A stretch of 64,000 nt of DNA from Amoebidium appalachense (GCA_963693365.1 CAVNZM010000001.1:21336125-21400124); one strand, 5' to 3'. Shown: positions 43,882 to 57,149, counted from the stretch's first letter. A program made the numbers and translations. The notes: generated by a model from the letters alone, not told the origin.

Positions 43882-46800
43882 ATGCGCTTGTGCGTGCGTG
43901 ATGGTTGGGGTGGAGTTAGTTATCTGGCGGGTTGGAGGGATCAGCAACGTAGGTAATAGTTGGTTGTGAGTGAGAGGTGTGTGTACATATATGAACATAT
44001 GGGTGATGGATGCTAGGCCTGGTTGGAACCCCGGTCAGTCACTCTCTCTCGCTCCCCCCCCCCCCCCCCCCCCCTTACCCTCTCACTCACACACTGCGTG
44101 TGTGTGTGCGTGCGCGTGTGTGGGTGCGTGTCAGGTGTGTGTGCGTGTCAGGTGTGTGTGCGTGTGTGTGTATGGTTCTAAGGGACGAGTCTGTGCTCAC
44201 ACACGGAAATGGGTGTGCATGTGCAGTTACAGGTGCATGCCCCGGTGAGTTGTGCATGTGTGTGTTGTGTGCATGCATGGGTGCATGGGTGCATTCAAAT
44301 GTGCAAGCATGGGTGCTTGTGGTCATTATATGCATGTGGCATGCACGTGTGGCTGTGTGCGTTGTTTGCACATATGCATGGTTGGGTGTGCGTTCTATTC
44401 ACATGTGCATTGGTTGGGTGTGTGCTATTCACATGTGCATGCACGTGTGTGTGCTATTCACGTGCATACACGTGTGTGTGCCGTTCTCACGTGTGTGCAT
44501 GCATGTGTGTTACTCACACGTGTGTGCATGCATGTGTGGCTGGGCGTGCTATTCAGATTTACATGCATGTGTGTGTGCCACTCAGATTTACATGTATGTG
44601 TGTGTGCTATTCAGATTTACATGCATGTGTGTGTGCTACTCAGATTTACATGCATGTTGTGTGTGCTACTCAGATTTACATGCATGTGTGTGTGCTACTC
44701 AGATTTACATGCATGTGTGTGTGCTACTCAGATTTACATGCATGTGTGTGTGCTACTCAGATTTACATGCATGTGTGTGTGCTACTCAGATTTACATGCA
44801 TGTGTGTGCTCTATTCAGATTTACATGCATGTGTGTGTGCTACTCAGATTTACATGCATGCGTGTGTGCTACTCAGATTTACATGCATGTGTGTGTGCTA
44901 CTCAGATTTACATGCATGTGTGTGTGCTACTCAGATTTACATGCATGTGTGTGTGCTACTCAGATTTACATGCATGCGTGTGTGCACTCTCTACCTGTGG
45001 GGACAGGGAGTCACATCTCTCGACCAGCACCCTTCTCAGCTGGTGAGGGTGCTTCTCAGACGCATCCTCGGGTGTCCACTGCTCGCTGCCCTGTGATCCC
45101 CAGTGAGCCCCGGCATAGTGTGTGTGTGTGTGTGTGTGTGTGTTCATGTGCCATTCCCAGCATGCACATATGCCATGTGTGTGTGCCGACACCGTGCTTG
45201 TTGCCCAGTGTGTGTCATGCAAGAGCCTGTGCATTTCTGTGTGTCTGCACCGTGCCTGCAGGTGGGTTATGTGTGTGCCGTGCCCTGTGCCGCTGTCGAT
45301 GTGTGTGTGTGTGCTGCTGCTGGCAGAGACCAGTGCCCGAGCCTGTGTCCACGTGCTGTGACCGTGTGCTCATGTGTGTGCCCGTGCCTGTGCCTGAGCC
45401 CATGTGCCCGGGCCCAGGCCCGGTCCCGTGCCTGTGCCTGTGCCCGTGCCTGTGCCTGTGTGTTCATGTGCCTGTGTGCTCACGTGCATGTGCCTATGCC
45501 TGTGTGCTCACGTGCATGTGCCTATGCCTGCATGCTCATGTGCATGTGCCTATGCCTGCATGCTCATGTGCATGTGCCTGTGCCCGTGCCGGTGTGCCCA
45601 TGCGCCTGTGCCTGTCCCGAAGAGTCTGTGCCTATGCTGTGTGCTCCTTGGGGAGCAATTGACTGTGTGTCTGTGTGTGGATGAATGCACCTGTGTGGTG
45701 TGTGGCTGCACGGATGTCTGCACGTGTGTGTCTGCACGTATACGTGTGTGTGTGCATGCACGGATGTCTGCACGTGTGTGTGCATGCACGGATGTCTGCA
45801 CGTGTGTGTGCATGCACGGATGTCTGCACGTGTGTGTGCATGCACGGATGTCTGCACGTGTGTGTGCATGCACGGATGTCTGCACGTGTGTGTGCATGCA
45901 TGGATGTCTGCACGTGTGTGTGCATGCACGGATGTCTGCACGTGTGTGTGCATGCACGGATGTCTGCACGTGTGTGTGCATGCACGGATGTCTGCACGTG
46001 TGTGTGCATGCACGGATACGTGTGTGTGCATGCACGGATGTCTGCACGTGTGTGCATGCACGGATACGTGTGTGTGCATGCACGGATGTGTGCACGTGTG
46101 TGCATGCACGGATACGTGTGTGTGCATGCACGGATGTCTGCACGTGTGTGTCTGCACGGATACGTGTGTGTGCACGGGGCGTACAATGAGGAAGTCCACG
46201 ATAGCATCGAGCAGCATGTCCGATGTGACGTGGCCCATCCAGTGCGTCAGATAGAATGTGGCTGCATAGGCCTGGTCCTCGGCCCTGCACACACATGTAT
46301 CCTTCAGGCCGGTCGTTTGGCATCCGCATATATCCCCCTCCCCCCCCCCCCCACCACCACCACACACACCACATGCATGCACTTGCACACCCAACCCAGA
46401 CCTGTGCGTACCCCGCACATCCGTCAGACTACATAACACCGCACCAGCACACAGGCGCCACTAAACGGGTTGTGGTGATGCTGAGGAAGAGAAACACTTG
46501 TGTCATTCCTGTTTCTGTGCACAAATATAACTGCTTCTTGTGTATGCATGTACCTGATTGTGTGCGTGTGCGTGCTCGTTAAGAGAGCATAAGCGAGTAT
46601 TGCATGTGTGTGTGCATCTGGGCCAATGCCCCCGTGTGCTCACATCTCCACTCTTCTTTGCATGTCCCTCATCTCCCTCCCTCCCTCCGTCCGTCCCTGT
46701 CTCTCTCTCTTTTCACTTCCCCTGCCTCTGTCTCGATGTCCATCCTCTCTGTCTGTCCCCCCCCCCCCCCCCCCCCCCTCTTCCCCCTCCCCCTCCTGTC

Positions 46801-47086
46801 ACACACACGCACACGTTACACCCACACACTCAACCATTCACCCACACCTGCGACATCCCCCCCCCCCCCCCCCCCCCCTCTCTCTCTCTCTCTCTTTCTT
46901 CTCCCTTTTGTCCCCCCTCCCCCCTCCCCCCTCCCCCTCCCCTTCCCCTCCCCCGTAAGTATGGGTCACGCACGTTGCCAGCAGGCGGGGGGCCAGTGTA
47001 GCGGCCAGCATGGTGTCCCTCAGCGCAGCGCAGATGTGCTGCCCTACCTCCTGCGCACAACAACGTGAGTACAGGCGCACACAGGC

Positions 47087-47123
<37 letters not shown>

Positions 47124-47165
47124 CACAGGCGCACGCGCCGTGCGCGCGCGCGCACACGCACACGC

Positions 47166-47249
<84 letters not shown>

Positions 47250-49164
47250 GCGTAGATGCGGATACAAACCCCAACGCACACATACATGGATCCACATATC
47301 CACCTACAAAAACAAATGTACAGACACACATTCGCATCAACATATACACACAGATGCCAATACCAACACAGGCACGCACAGCCGGAAACGTGACACACGC
47401 ACAAATACAGAGACATTTGCACACACAGATTCCCACTAGAGACACGTTAACACACACTTGCACACGGTGCCACAGACCCATCACAGAAAAGAGCCCCACC
47501 CTCCGACCCACAGAAGGAAAAGAGCCCAACCCATCCCCCCACAGGCACACACAAGCCCACTGACCCATCCCCACCCAACCTTGGTGCATCCCCTGCCACC
47601 CCAAGCAGCCCCAAGACACCCGCTACCATCACACATCTCTCAGCCGTGCATTTAAACCCCCTACCAGCATGCATTCAACCCCCTACCAGCATGCATTTTA
47701 ACCCCCTACCAGCATGCATTTAACCCCCTACCAGCATGCATTTAACCCCCTACCAGCATGCATTCAACCCCCTACCGGCTGGGCTGCCAGCACCACATCG
47801 TTGACGTAGTCTGCCCACGTGCTGAAGTTCTGGATGGTGCGCCGGAACCGCAGCTCCTGTGGGAAAAAAAAAAAAAAAAAAAAAAAAGATCAGCGCCACG
47901 CCAGCCATGCCCCACCGCAGCCACACACCAACCCTCCACTCCACAGAAGTTTTACCCCCCCTCCCCCCCCTCCCCTCCCCACGCACACACATCACCCCCA
48001 CCTCTCTCCCGGCAGCCTACCTCTTGCTTGGGGGCTCTGCCCTGTGGCAGGGTCAGGGGCATGGCATTGAAGAAGGCACCAAGCCGCTCGATCTGGAGGG
48101 TGGATCAGCACACACACAACATGCACACAGACAGGCAGAGCACACACACACACACGACACCACACATCACTGCCAGTGCCAGTATTCTTCTTTCCTTAAC
48201 AAGCCCACCACCACTACCACATCCCACCCCATTGCCGGGCACACCATCACACTGCACACCACAACAGAGCATGCACATCTCCCACCACAAAGCATACACG
48301 AATAGACCCCTCCCCCCCCCCCCCCCCCCCCCCTCCCTCCCCCTTCCCCTCACACACACTCACACCGCACATCACATGCACACACACACGCACACATACA
48401 CACACATGCACAGAATTCACACATCCATCCAGGCAAGGTCACCCACATTCCAAGCACACCACACAGACACCATGCCTGTGCACGTTGACCATGCGCCTGT
48501 GGAGGCCACAGTGCACGGGCACAGCCACCAGCCCATACCATTGCTTGTCCAGCAGCACCAGCTGCACATGGTCGTGTGTGGGTGCCTGCACATGTGCGTG
48601 TGCATATGCGTGTGTGGGTGCCTGCACATGTGCGTGTGCATATGCGTGTGTGGGTGCCTGCACATGCATGTGTGCGTGTGTGCTGCATCTGTGTGCCTGT
48701 ACATGTGTGTGTTTGTGCTTGTGTGCTGCATGTGTGTGCCTGTACATGTGTGTGAGCGTATGTGCTTGTGTGCTGCATTTGTGTGCATGCGGCGCACCAG
48801 CACATGGGAGAAGCGTGCGCCCCCCGTGATGTAGCGGGTCACATCGGGGGAGGCCAACTCCACACAGTCCAGCAGCCCCACACAGGCCTGGTTGCACACG
48901 CTGACATCCTGGGGGGGAGAGGGGGCAAAGGGGGGGGTGAGAGGGGGTGCAGGCACCAAGGAGAGGGGTGTGCAGTGGCGAGAGTCTGAGTTGAGCTGGA
49001 GCGGTGGTAGTGGCAAATTGGGAGAGGAAGGGGGGGGGAGGAGGCGGGGGGGATGGGGAGGCGAGGGTGAAGCAAAGCGGGAACGTCTTTTAAAAGAAAC
49101 CCAACATACACGTCCGGGAAGCCCCATGGCCAGATGGCAGCGAGAAGCTGGGAACCGGCATGTG

Positions 49165-49202
<38 letters not shown>

Positions 49203-52200
49203 GTGTGTATGTGCGCGCGCGCACGCACGCGCGTGTATGCGCGCGCACGCTCGCCTGCATTTCTGGGGGTATGTATGTATGTGTGTGTGTGTGTGTTTGC
49301 ATGTGTGTGCACGAGTGCACACGTGTATGTGCATGGCAGTGTGAACGTGTATGCGTGTATATGTGTGTGTGTGGTTGCGTGTGCGTGTGTGTTTGCGTGT
49401 GTGCGCCTATGGATGCGTGTTTGTGTGTGCATTAGTGCGCGTGTGTATGCCTGCACCACACAAGTGTGCATGTAGGGGCACTAAGCAACGAGGGAGACTG
49501 TGTTGCCGACACAAGCATGTTTGAGTATGCACGTCAATGTTCACAAACGCCTGTGTGCACATGCGTGTGCATGTGCATGAGCCCGTGCACCGTGGGCCTG
49601 TACCTCGCTGGCCAGCAGGTCTGTCAGCGCCTCGAACATGAAGAACTCCTTGTCCCCACTGCAGCGTCCCTTTGCCTGCACACACCCGTCACACTGTGGC
49701 CCCAAATACTCTGCCCTCACAACTCCATCAAAGCCTCTCATGCCGTTCACCCCACCAACAGCCGTCCCTCCCCACCCCTTTCCCCCATGTCAATCCTTCC
49801 CTCGGGGTGATTTTTCTCTCCCGCTTACCAGACAAATGGCCCAGGTACCTCGTATCTCACAGCAAACTCTACCCTGCCCCCCCCCCCCCCCCCCCCCCCC
49901 CACCACCAACACCACCACCCCACCCCACACACACCCAATCACGGACCTTTTCCCTGTCTGCGTCGCTGAGTGTGTCGATGAAGAAGGAGGCCCAGCGGGG
50001 ATTGTCTCTGAGCTTGGACAGGATGATGCACAGGAACTTGACATAGTCCTGCAGCCGCTATATTTAGCACACACCACCGGGCCATGCCTATTATTAGCAC
50101 ACACCACCGGGCCATGCCGCACTGGCACCCACCCCCCAGCCATGGCCCCAGCCATTGGCATATTTGGGCCCAGGTGGTGCAGAGCCATTTGAGACAGACC
50201 CGCCACGTCACAGCCCCTACTATCGCCCCTGAACAACCATACACACGCATGCACCAAGGCCAGTGTTCATGCATTCACCACACTCCCCCCCACCAAACAA
50301 GCGAACCAGGCAGCAATAACTATAGAAGGATGGTGAAACCTCTGCCACCCCGACACACCATGTTCCCAACTGTGCCGTTCACACACACCCCACACTCCTC
50401 TTCCAAGCACAGATCATCATCCTCTCCGCCCCCCCATCATCCTCTTCCTCTTGCAAGCACAGACCATCATCCCCCCCCCCCCCCCCCTCTCCTCCCCCCC
50501 CCTCCCCCCCACACCCCCCTCTCTCATCAGTCTCAACCCATCCCCATTTCAACTATCGCGTCTCCTTCCCCACCCTCCTTCCCGCCTTCCCCCTTTGATC
50601 AGTCACTTTTACTCCTCCCTCCCCCCCCCCTCCCCCCTGTCCCCTCTCCCTTTTCTATACTTCTTTAGCTCCCCCTACCCCGCCCACTGCTCAATCCCCC
50701 CCCCCCCCCCCTCATTCCCGCTCCCCCCCCCCCCCCTCTCCCCTCCTGCCCCTGACTGTTCTCTTGAATACCCCCCCCCCCCCCCCCCACCTCTTCCAGC
50801 GGGTGAGATCTGCGATGGTGGCATGAACGCACGAGGCGTTTGATTGGGCGGTGCACGTTGATGTGTGGCAGCGTGGGCTGGCGGATGGCTACTAGAAACT
50901 CGCGGAAGAACCGCAGCACCTGCTGCTTCATGCCCACAGGCACCTGTGCATGTGTGTGTGTGTGCATGCATGAGTAATGTGTGTGTGTGTGCATGCATGA
51001 GTAATGTGTGTGTGTGTGCATGCATGAGTAATGTGTGTGTGCATGCATACACGTGCACGTGTGCGCTTGCATGGGCATGTATGTGTGCTTGGTTGTGTGT
51101 GTGCGTGTATGTGCTTTGGTACCTGTGTGCGTCTGTATGTGCTCTTGTTTGCATGTGCTGTTGTTTGTTTGTGCTGTTGTTTGTATGTGCTCTTGCTTGA
51201 ATGTGCTCTTGTTTGCATGTGCTCTTGTTTGTTTGTACCTGTGCGTGCGTATTCTGTTGTCTTTGTGCCTGCGCATGCACTGTGTGTGTGTACTTTGTTG
51301 GGTGTATGCCTGTGTGCACTTTTGTGTGTGCCTGCATGCACGTACATCCCCCTGGCCCAGGGAGCACAGGGTTTCGAGTATTTTGTGCTGCAGCAGATAC
51401 TCCAGACACGGCCCCGTCTTCTCCCTGTCAGCCCCTGTGAGTGCCACCCCCTCCCTCCTCCTCCCCCCCCCCCCCGCCCCTACTCTCCCTTCCCCACCCC
51501 AAAGCCTCTCCCCCCTGGCCTTTACCCACCACCCTTCTTTCTAACACCCCCATACCGTAGGTGCAACACACTCCCACCCACCTGCCTGCCCAAACTCGTC
51601 CGCATTGATAGGCCCACCCCCCCAGCCCGCCCAGCACCCCCGGCCCCTTCTCCCCCCCCCCCTCTCCCCTCCAACCGAAGGCATAGGGCCTACAAAGTGC
51701 TGTGCTGGCGCCACCAGGCGGCCTGCCCCCCCCCCCCCCCCCCCCCCCCCCTGTCCCCCCCCACGTACCCGTCCCTCTCGTCCTCCTCCCGCAGTATGTC
51801 CAGCATCATGTCCAGGTGGTAGGGTATCTCCGTGTCCCGCAGCGGCACCGTGTCGTCTGCACAGCACCGTCAGCAGTGGACACACAGTCAAACACCCCTG
51901 CCCCCCCTCGCATACGTGTGCAGATGCACAGCCACACAGGCAACACCCCCCCCCCACCCCCCCGGGCATCCACCACCCCCACGCCCTCCCCGCCTCCCCC
52001 CTCCCCCCACACACAAACACACACGTAGATGCACAGTTACACAAGCACACGACATTCACAGACACACACACACACACACAGACGCGCGGATGTGCGCGAG
52101 GGCGCGCGCACATGCACACGCACACACTAGCACACACACCACACCAACACGGCCAAACACGCAAGAACACACCGTCATACAAGAGCACGACATTCACACA

Positions 52201-52552
52201 CACACACACAAACACGAACACACATACACACACGCTCACGCACACACACACACAAACACCAGCCTGCTGCGGCATGCACACACAAGCACCCACACATACC
52301 AACACATAGTTACACCTGCACACACACGCATACACGCACACACACACAGGAACGGATGCAGACACAGAGTCACAATGGCATGTAGGCGGCACTTTCGTGT
52401 GCACACACACAATCACCACCCAACCACTTACCATTGTGCTGCACATAGTAGTTTGTGATAAACCGCCAAGCCTCCAGAAACTGTTCGTATGAAGACTTGA
52501 GCGCCGGCGCCAGCTGCAAGCCCAGACGTGAGCCCCAGACATTACCGAACCC

Positions 52553-52583
<31 letters not shown>

Positions 52584-52656
52584 TTCCCACCCTTATTACC
52601 GAGTCCACTGCGGTTTGGACAAAGCTGGACGCCAGGCTCTTGAACCCCGAAAACAT
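40553..52656 (-). CDS. FHIP2A: FHF complex subunit FHIP2 (FAM160B / RAI16-like family), 20 exons, about 640 aa
   Basis: Exons: 52656-52600, 52513-52432, 51856-51769, 51424-51346, 50943-50791, 50048-49947, 49675-49604, 48908-48798, 48092-48021, 47856-47776, 47050-46974, 46284-46185, 45090-44995, 43811-43660, 43220-43130, 42870-42726, 42201-42068, 41706-41606, 41270-41228 and 40639-40553. Phases are consistent. Motifs: [68 protein letters not shown]. Paralog A versus B is not resolved. Confidence 0.93.
42215..42340. repeat. About 34-bp minisatellite in FHIP2 intron 16
   Basis: AAATGATTGGTTGCCAGGGATAGGCATCTAACC repeated about 4 times. Confidence 0.8.
44548..44978. repeat. 29-bp minisatellite (ACTCAGATTTACATGCATGTGTGTGTGCT)n in FHIP2 intron 13
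   Basis: About 14-15 near-identical units. Confidence 0.95.
45707..46172. repeat. 28-bp minisatellite (GCACGGATGTCTGCACGTGTGTGTGCAT)n in FHIP2 intron 12
   Basis: Long near-perfect tandem array. Confidence 0.95.
47655..47775 (-). repeat. About 22-bp minisatellite that reiterates the exon-10 splice donor of FHIP2
   Basis: The minus-strand unit GTAGGGGGTTRAATGCATGCTG starts at the true donor and is repeated 5-6 times. Confidence 0.9.
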
Positions 52657-53287
52657 CCTCCGCCTGCGCCCTTCGGCCGGGCACGGCCTTCAAACTTGGC
52701 GTTGTGCCCCCTGGCCGGAGGAGGGGTGTCGAGAGGGGGGTGAGGTGCAGCGCACACAGCAGACAGGACGGTGGGTGCCTGTCTGGTCTGCTCATATGCC
52801 TGTGCCGTACACACACACACACACACACACACAGTATACGCGGCACACACACCGTGCACCCACACCGTGGCTCCTCTTAGAGTACCCTAAGTATACATGC
52901 AACAAGAGAAAGCCTTCAGGTCGTGTCTGCAGACACCGTTGCAGCACGGCCCTCTGAAAAAAAGAGGGCCGTGGTTGCAGCCCTGTGTACACAGGGTCAT
53001 CACCAAGGAACAGGCCGGCAAAATAAATACAATAAAATCTGCGCGGACTGGTGGATACATTACATTAAGTCGATTTACAAATTTAACCGAAGTCAAGGCA
53101 ATGAGAGGATCACGAATCAAGAATGCCGCATTCCATCTGGGTTTGCGCAATCACGTACATGGGCTCACCCACCCAAAGTGCCTCTCTCCGCGTTCAAGGG
53201 AAAGATCAAGGGCCGTGCTCTCTTCCCCATCTGTACGCACCAGCCACCCAACCAGCCCAGCCGCGCAGTGCCCATACTAACGTTGCT
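52657..53287. promoter_or_regulatory. Probable bidirectional promoter (FHIP2 / 2H-phosphoesterase gene) with clustered palindromes
   Basis: Divergent ATGs are separated by 631 bp. Palindromes lie at 52923-52936, 52945-52973 (11-bp stem) and 52981-52996. Confidence 0.6.
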
Positions 53288-53476
53288 ATGGCCGCCAGGC
53301 TACTGTTCGTGCTGGCCACCTGCCTGCTGCAGGGTATGTACCTCCCTCCCTCCCCCCCCCCCCCCCCCCCCCCCTCTTCTTTCCCTCCCGGCAACACGCG
53401 CGCACACGCAACCTAACACGCACACACACACGCACGCATGCACACACACACACGCACACACACACACACACACATC

Positions 53477-53532
<56 letters not shown>

Positions 53533-54086
53533 CACACGCACGCACACATACACACGCACACGCGCGCGCACACAGACACACGCGTGTGCGCACATGCACG
53601 CACTCACGTATGCACACACGTTCGCAAGAACCAGACCCACACACACACACATACACACACACACACACACAAACACACCAGCACACCTACACACCAGCAC
53701 ACCTACACACACACACACACGCACGCACACACACATGCACACACATACAAACACACCTACACACGCACCCACCCACCCACACACAAGCACACACACACAC
53801 GCACACGCACACGCACACGCACACACACACACAGCAACACCAACACACTCAAACGCACACGCACACCGCACACGCACGCGCACACACATGCACACACACA
53901 TACCAACACACCAACGCACGCGGGGCAGGCACGCACGTCCGCACTCATGCACGAATACACCAGCTCGCAACCACACACACACGCACACCAACACACTCAC
54001 CAACACACACACACACACACACACACACGTATGCACAAACACACACACACGCACGCACGTACACACACACACACACACACACGTGT

Positions 54087-54120
<34 letters not shown>

Positions 54121-54226
54121 ATGCACACACGTGCGCACACCCACACCCACCCACCCACACAGACACATTCAGGTGCACGCGCACATACACATGCACACAC
54201 AGACACACACACACACACACATACAC

Positions 54227-54270
<44 letters not shown>

Positions 54271-54603
54271 TTATTTAAGCCACACCCCCTCCCTCCCCCC
54301 CCCCCCCCCCCCTCCCACACACACACATTCTTTCACCTATTTGCAACCCCTTCTCACCCATCACCCAGCACACAACGCACCCGCCACAGCAGGTGTCAGG
54401 CAGTTACAACACCACCCTCCTTACGGGCGCGTCTGACTTATATCAACCATTGGCTAGCGGCTTCTGGGCTGATATGTTTATGTCAACCCAGAAGCGGCCG
54501 GCCAATGGTTGATATATAACTCAGGGGTTGATATGAGACATATATGCATGTATATGATATATATGTATATGTATATATTTCTATCAGTACACACACACAC
54601 ACG

Positions 54604-54671
<68 letters not shown>

Positions 54672-56790
54672 TGTACGTATGTGTGTATGTATCACGTATA
54701 TATAGAGCTTATGTATATACATGCATACGTGTATGTATCTATGGATTTTCAAAGGTCACAAAGTCACAAGATAAGTACAGCATCCTCATTTCGCGATCTG
54801 TTCATACATTGCCTTCAAAAATTTCTGCATGGAACACATAGTCAGACCTTCTACATAAAGGCCCGGCTTCTTTTAGTAGGTCAACACATCATATCATCTG
54901 CCCTGGACTTTGGGGGCCAAAACAAACCAAATCATAATAATAATAATAATAACAATAACAACAACAACAACAATAATAATAAAAAACCCCCCGGTCAGAT
55001 CAATCCTCGGACTTGAGGACAGGCCGTGAAGGGGGGGGGGGGGGGGGGGGGGGGGGAGGGGGGGGGAGGGGGAGGGAGGGGGGGGAGATTAGGGAGGGGG
55101 GGGGGATGAAGGGGGGGAGGTCAATAATAATAATAACAATAACAATAATAATAATAATAATAATAATAATATTTATAACAACAATATTTTAAATAAAAAA
55201 ACCGGCCAGATCGAACTTGGGACTTGAAGACAGCCCGGGGGGGGGGGGGGGGGGGGGGGGGGGAGGGGGGGGGGATAACTCAGGGCTTTAATAAGCAGGG
55301 GTTGATACAAGTCAGGCGCGCCTCTCCCTTCCACTTGCACGAGAGTAGCTCTTTTATACGTATGCGGCTTACTGCAAATGCCAAACGGTTTAGGTAGGCG
55401 CTTTTCCTCTGACCACTTTTTATTGTTATTATAATCATAATTTTTCAAATGGAATAATAATTAGGGATAATCCAGACAGGGCGGCCAGGTGGCCAAGGCC
55501 ACAGACTCAGTGGTGGCCGTCCTGCCTATGCCGTACCCACCTTGCATAGCTCGTGCGCAGCCTTTGGACCTCACCCTGCAGCTGCACTTGGCCACCAACC
55601 CACCCATCTACCCACCCAAGCAACCAAGCAACCAACCAATCCCCCCCAGGTGCACTTAGCAGCTACAGCACGTGTGAGGTGACCACGGACGACTGCCCCC
55701 CATGTCCCCCCACGTCCAACCAGTCCTTTGCGCTGTTGGTGCCTGTCAGCAGCCACCCCCACGTGGTGCTGCAGGTGGCCAGGGCCCAGGGAGTGGTCAG
55801 GGGGGCCGGCAGGGTGCAGCGGCTGGAGGGCCTTGGGCTGCTGCACTTGACCGTGGCCTACTTCTGCTGCCACACGGCAAACGGTAGCAACCATTCCCTC
55901 CTTCCGTCCCTCCCCTCCTACACCATCCTCTCTCACCCCACACACAAGGATACTCACACACCACACACACACACACCCCTATTCTCCACACACACCCACA
56001 CTGTTCGATTTCTCTGCCCATTTTTCTTGTTCATTCACCCTTCACATACAATCAAATCCACTTGCTGAGCTCCGTCTTATGCCCAACACTCGTTGAACCG
56101 CTGCTTTCCTGGAAACAACACAGCAATGAACGAGAACAGGTTTGCATATGTACATGGTGTTGTTGCTATAGCAAAAAAAAACGGAAATGTTGTAAGTAGT
56201 GAGGCGTGGAGACGAACGGATAGCAAGAGAAAGGCTGACATTCACTGGATATCAAGCAAAAGAGTGGCATGCCAAGAGAAGAATGGATTAGTGACACCAA
56301 GAGAAGAATGGATTAGTGACACCAAGAGAAGAATGGATCAAGGGCGCTGTTTGCTGCATCCCCTTGGGTGCCCCCACACTTGCACGGACACACCTCACCC
56401 CCTGAGGCTGTGTGTGTCCCTGCAGAGACTGCCGTGATCGAGCAGACTATAGCGGGGCTGCAGTGGTCCAGTGTTGCTGTGGTGCTGGACACGTTTGGCT
56501 GCAATGTGGACCACGTGGACAAGCGCACAGTCTACCTGCATGCCATGCCCCAGGACCAGGCACCCCTGCAGGCCCTGGGTGCCACCCTGAATGGGGCCCT
56601 GGCACGGGCAGGGCTCATTGTGGCAGCCCGCAGCAGCATGTACCATGTGACCGTGGCCAGGGTGGGCCCGGACTACCCTGCAGACAGCGTGGTGGCTGGT
56701 CTGCAGGGCTGGGAATTTGGGGCCCTGCGGCTGTGCCACATGCTGCTGTGGCCTAATAGGGTGTGGGCAAAGGGCGCATGGGACTGCTGA
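53288..56790 (+). CDS. Secreted 2H-phosphoesterase (LigT/AKAP7-like fold), 3 exons, 214 aa
   Basis: Exons 53288-53333, 55650-55883 and 56426-56790 join in phase 1/1. Signal peptide [19 protein letters not shown]. Two HxT motifs, LHLTVAY (H81) and YHVTVAR (H167). Eight Cys in the mature chain and sequons NQS and NET. Confidence 0.8.
54425..55323. mobile_element. About 0.9-kb non-autonomous TIR element in intron 1 of the 2H gene
   Basis: TIRs GGGCGCGTCTGACTTATATCAACC / GGTTGATACAAGTCAGGCGCGCCT. Flanks CTCCTTAC / CTCCCTTC suggest a degenerate 8-bp TSD. Internal hairpin at 54439-54516 and an internal (AAT)n-linked duplication. Confidence 0.75.
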
Positions 56791-57149
56791 TGGCGGGAGG
56801 TATGGGCAGAAAGGGAATGCAAGAGATGGGGTGATAGTGTGCTGCAGTACCGGTCACACGAGGCAGTGTTGTATAGTGCGGCAGTGCAGACAGGCACACA
56901 CACACCAGCATGCAGCACGTACGTGGTAAGAGCAGACATGCACACACACACCAGCATGCAGCACGTACGTGGTAAGAGCAGACAGGCACACACACACCAG
57001 CTTGCAGGATGTACGTGGTAAGAGCAGACCAGGCACACACATGCCAGCATACAGTAAGGCCCAACTCTGTGGCTGTGCATGAAAGGGCTGCCAACACCAA
57101 TCATCTTTTAGTTGTGCCTGCATGCCTAGCTGCTGTGATTGGTGGTAGG

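Noticed and set aside
55470-55600. Coding-like stretch ([16 protein letters not shown]..) in 2H intron 1 as an extra exon
   Set aside because: No phase-1 acceptor places it in frame, and exon 1 already joins 55650 to complete a signal peptide.
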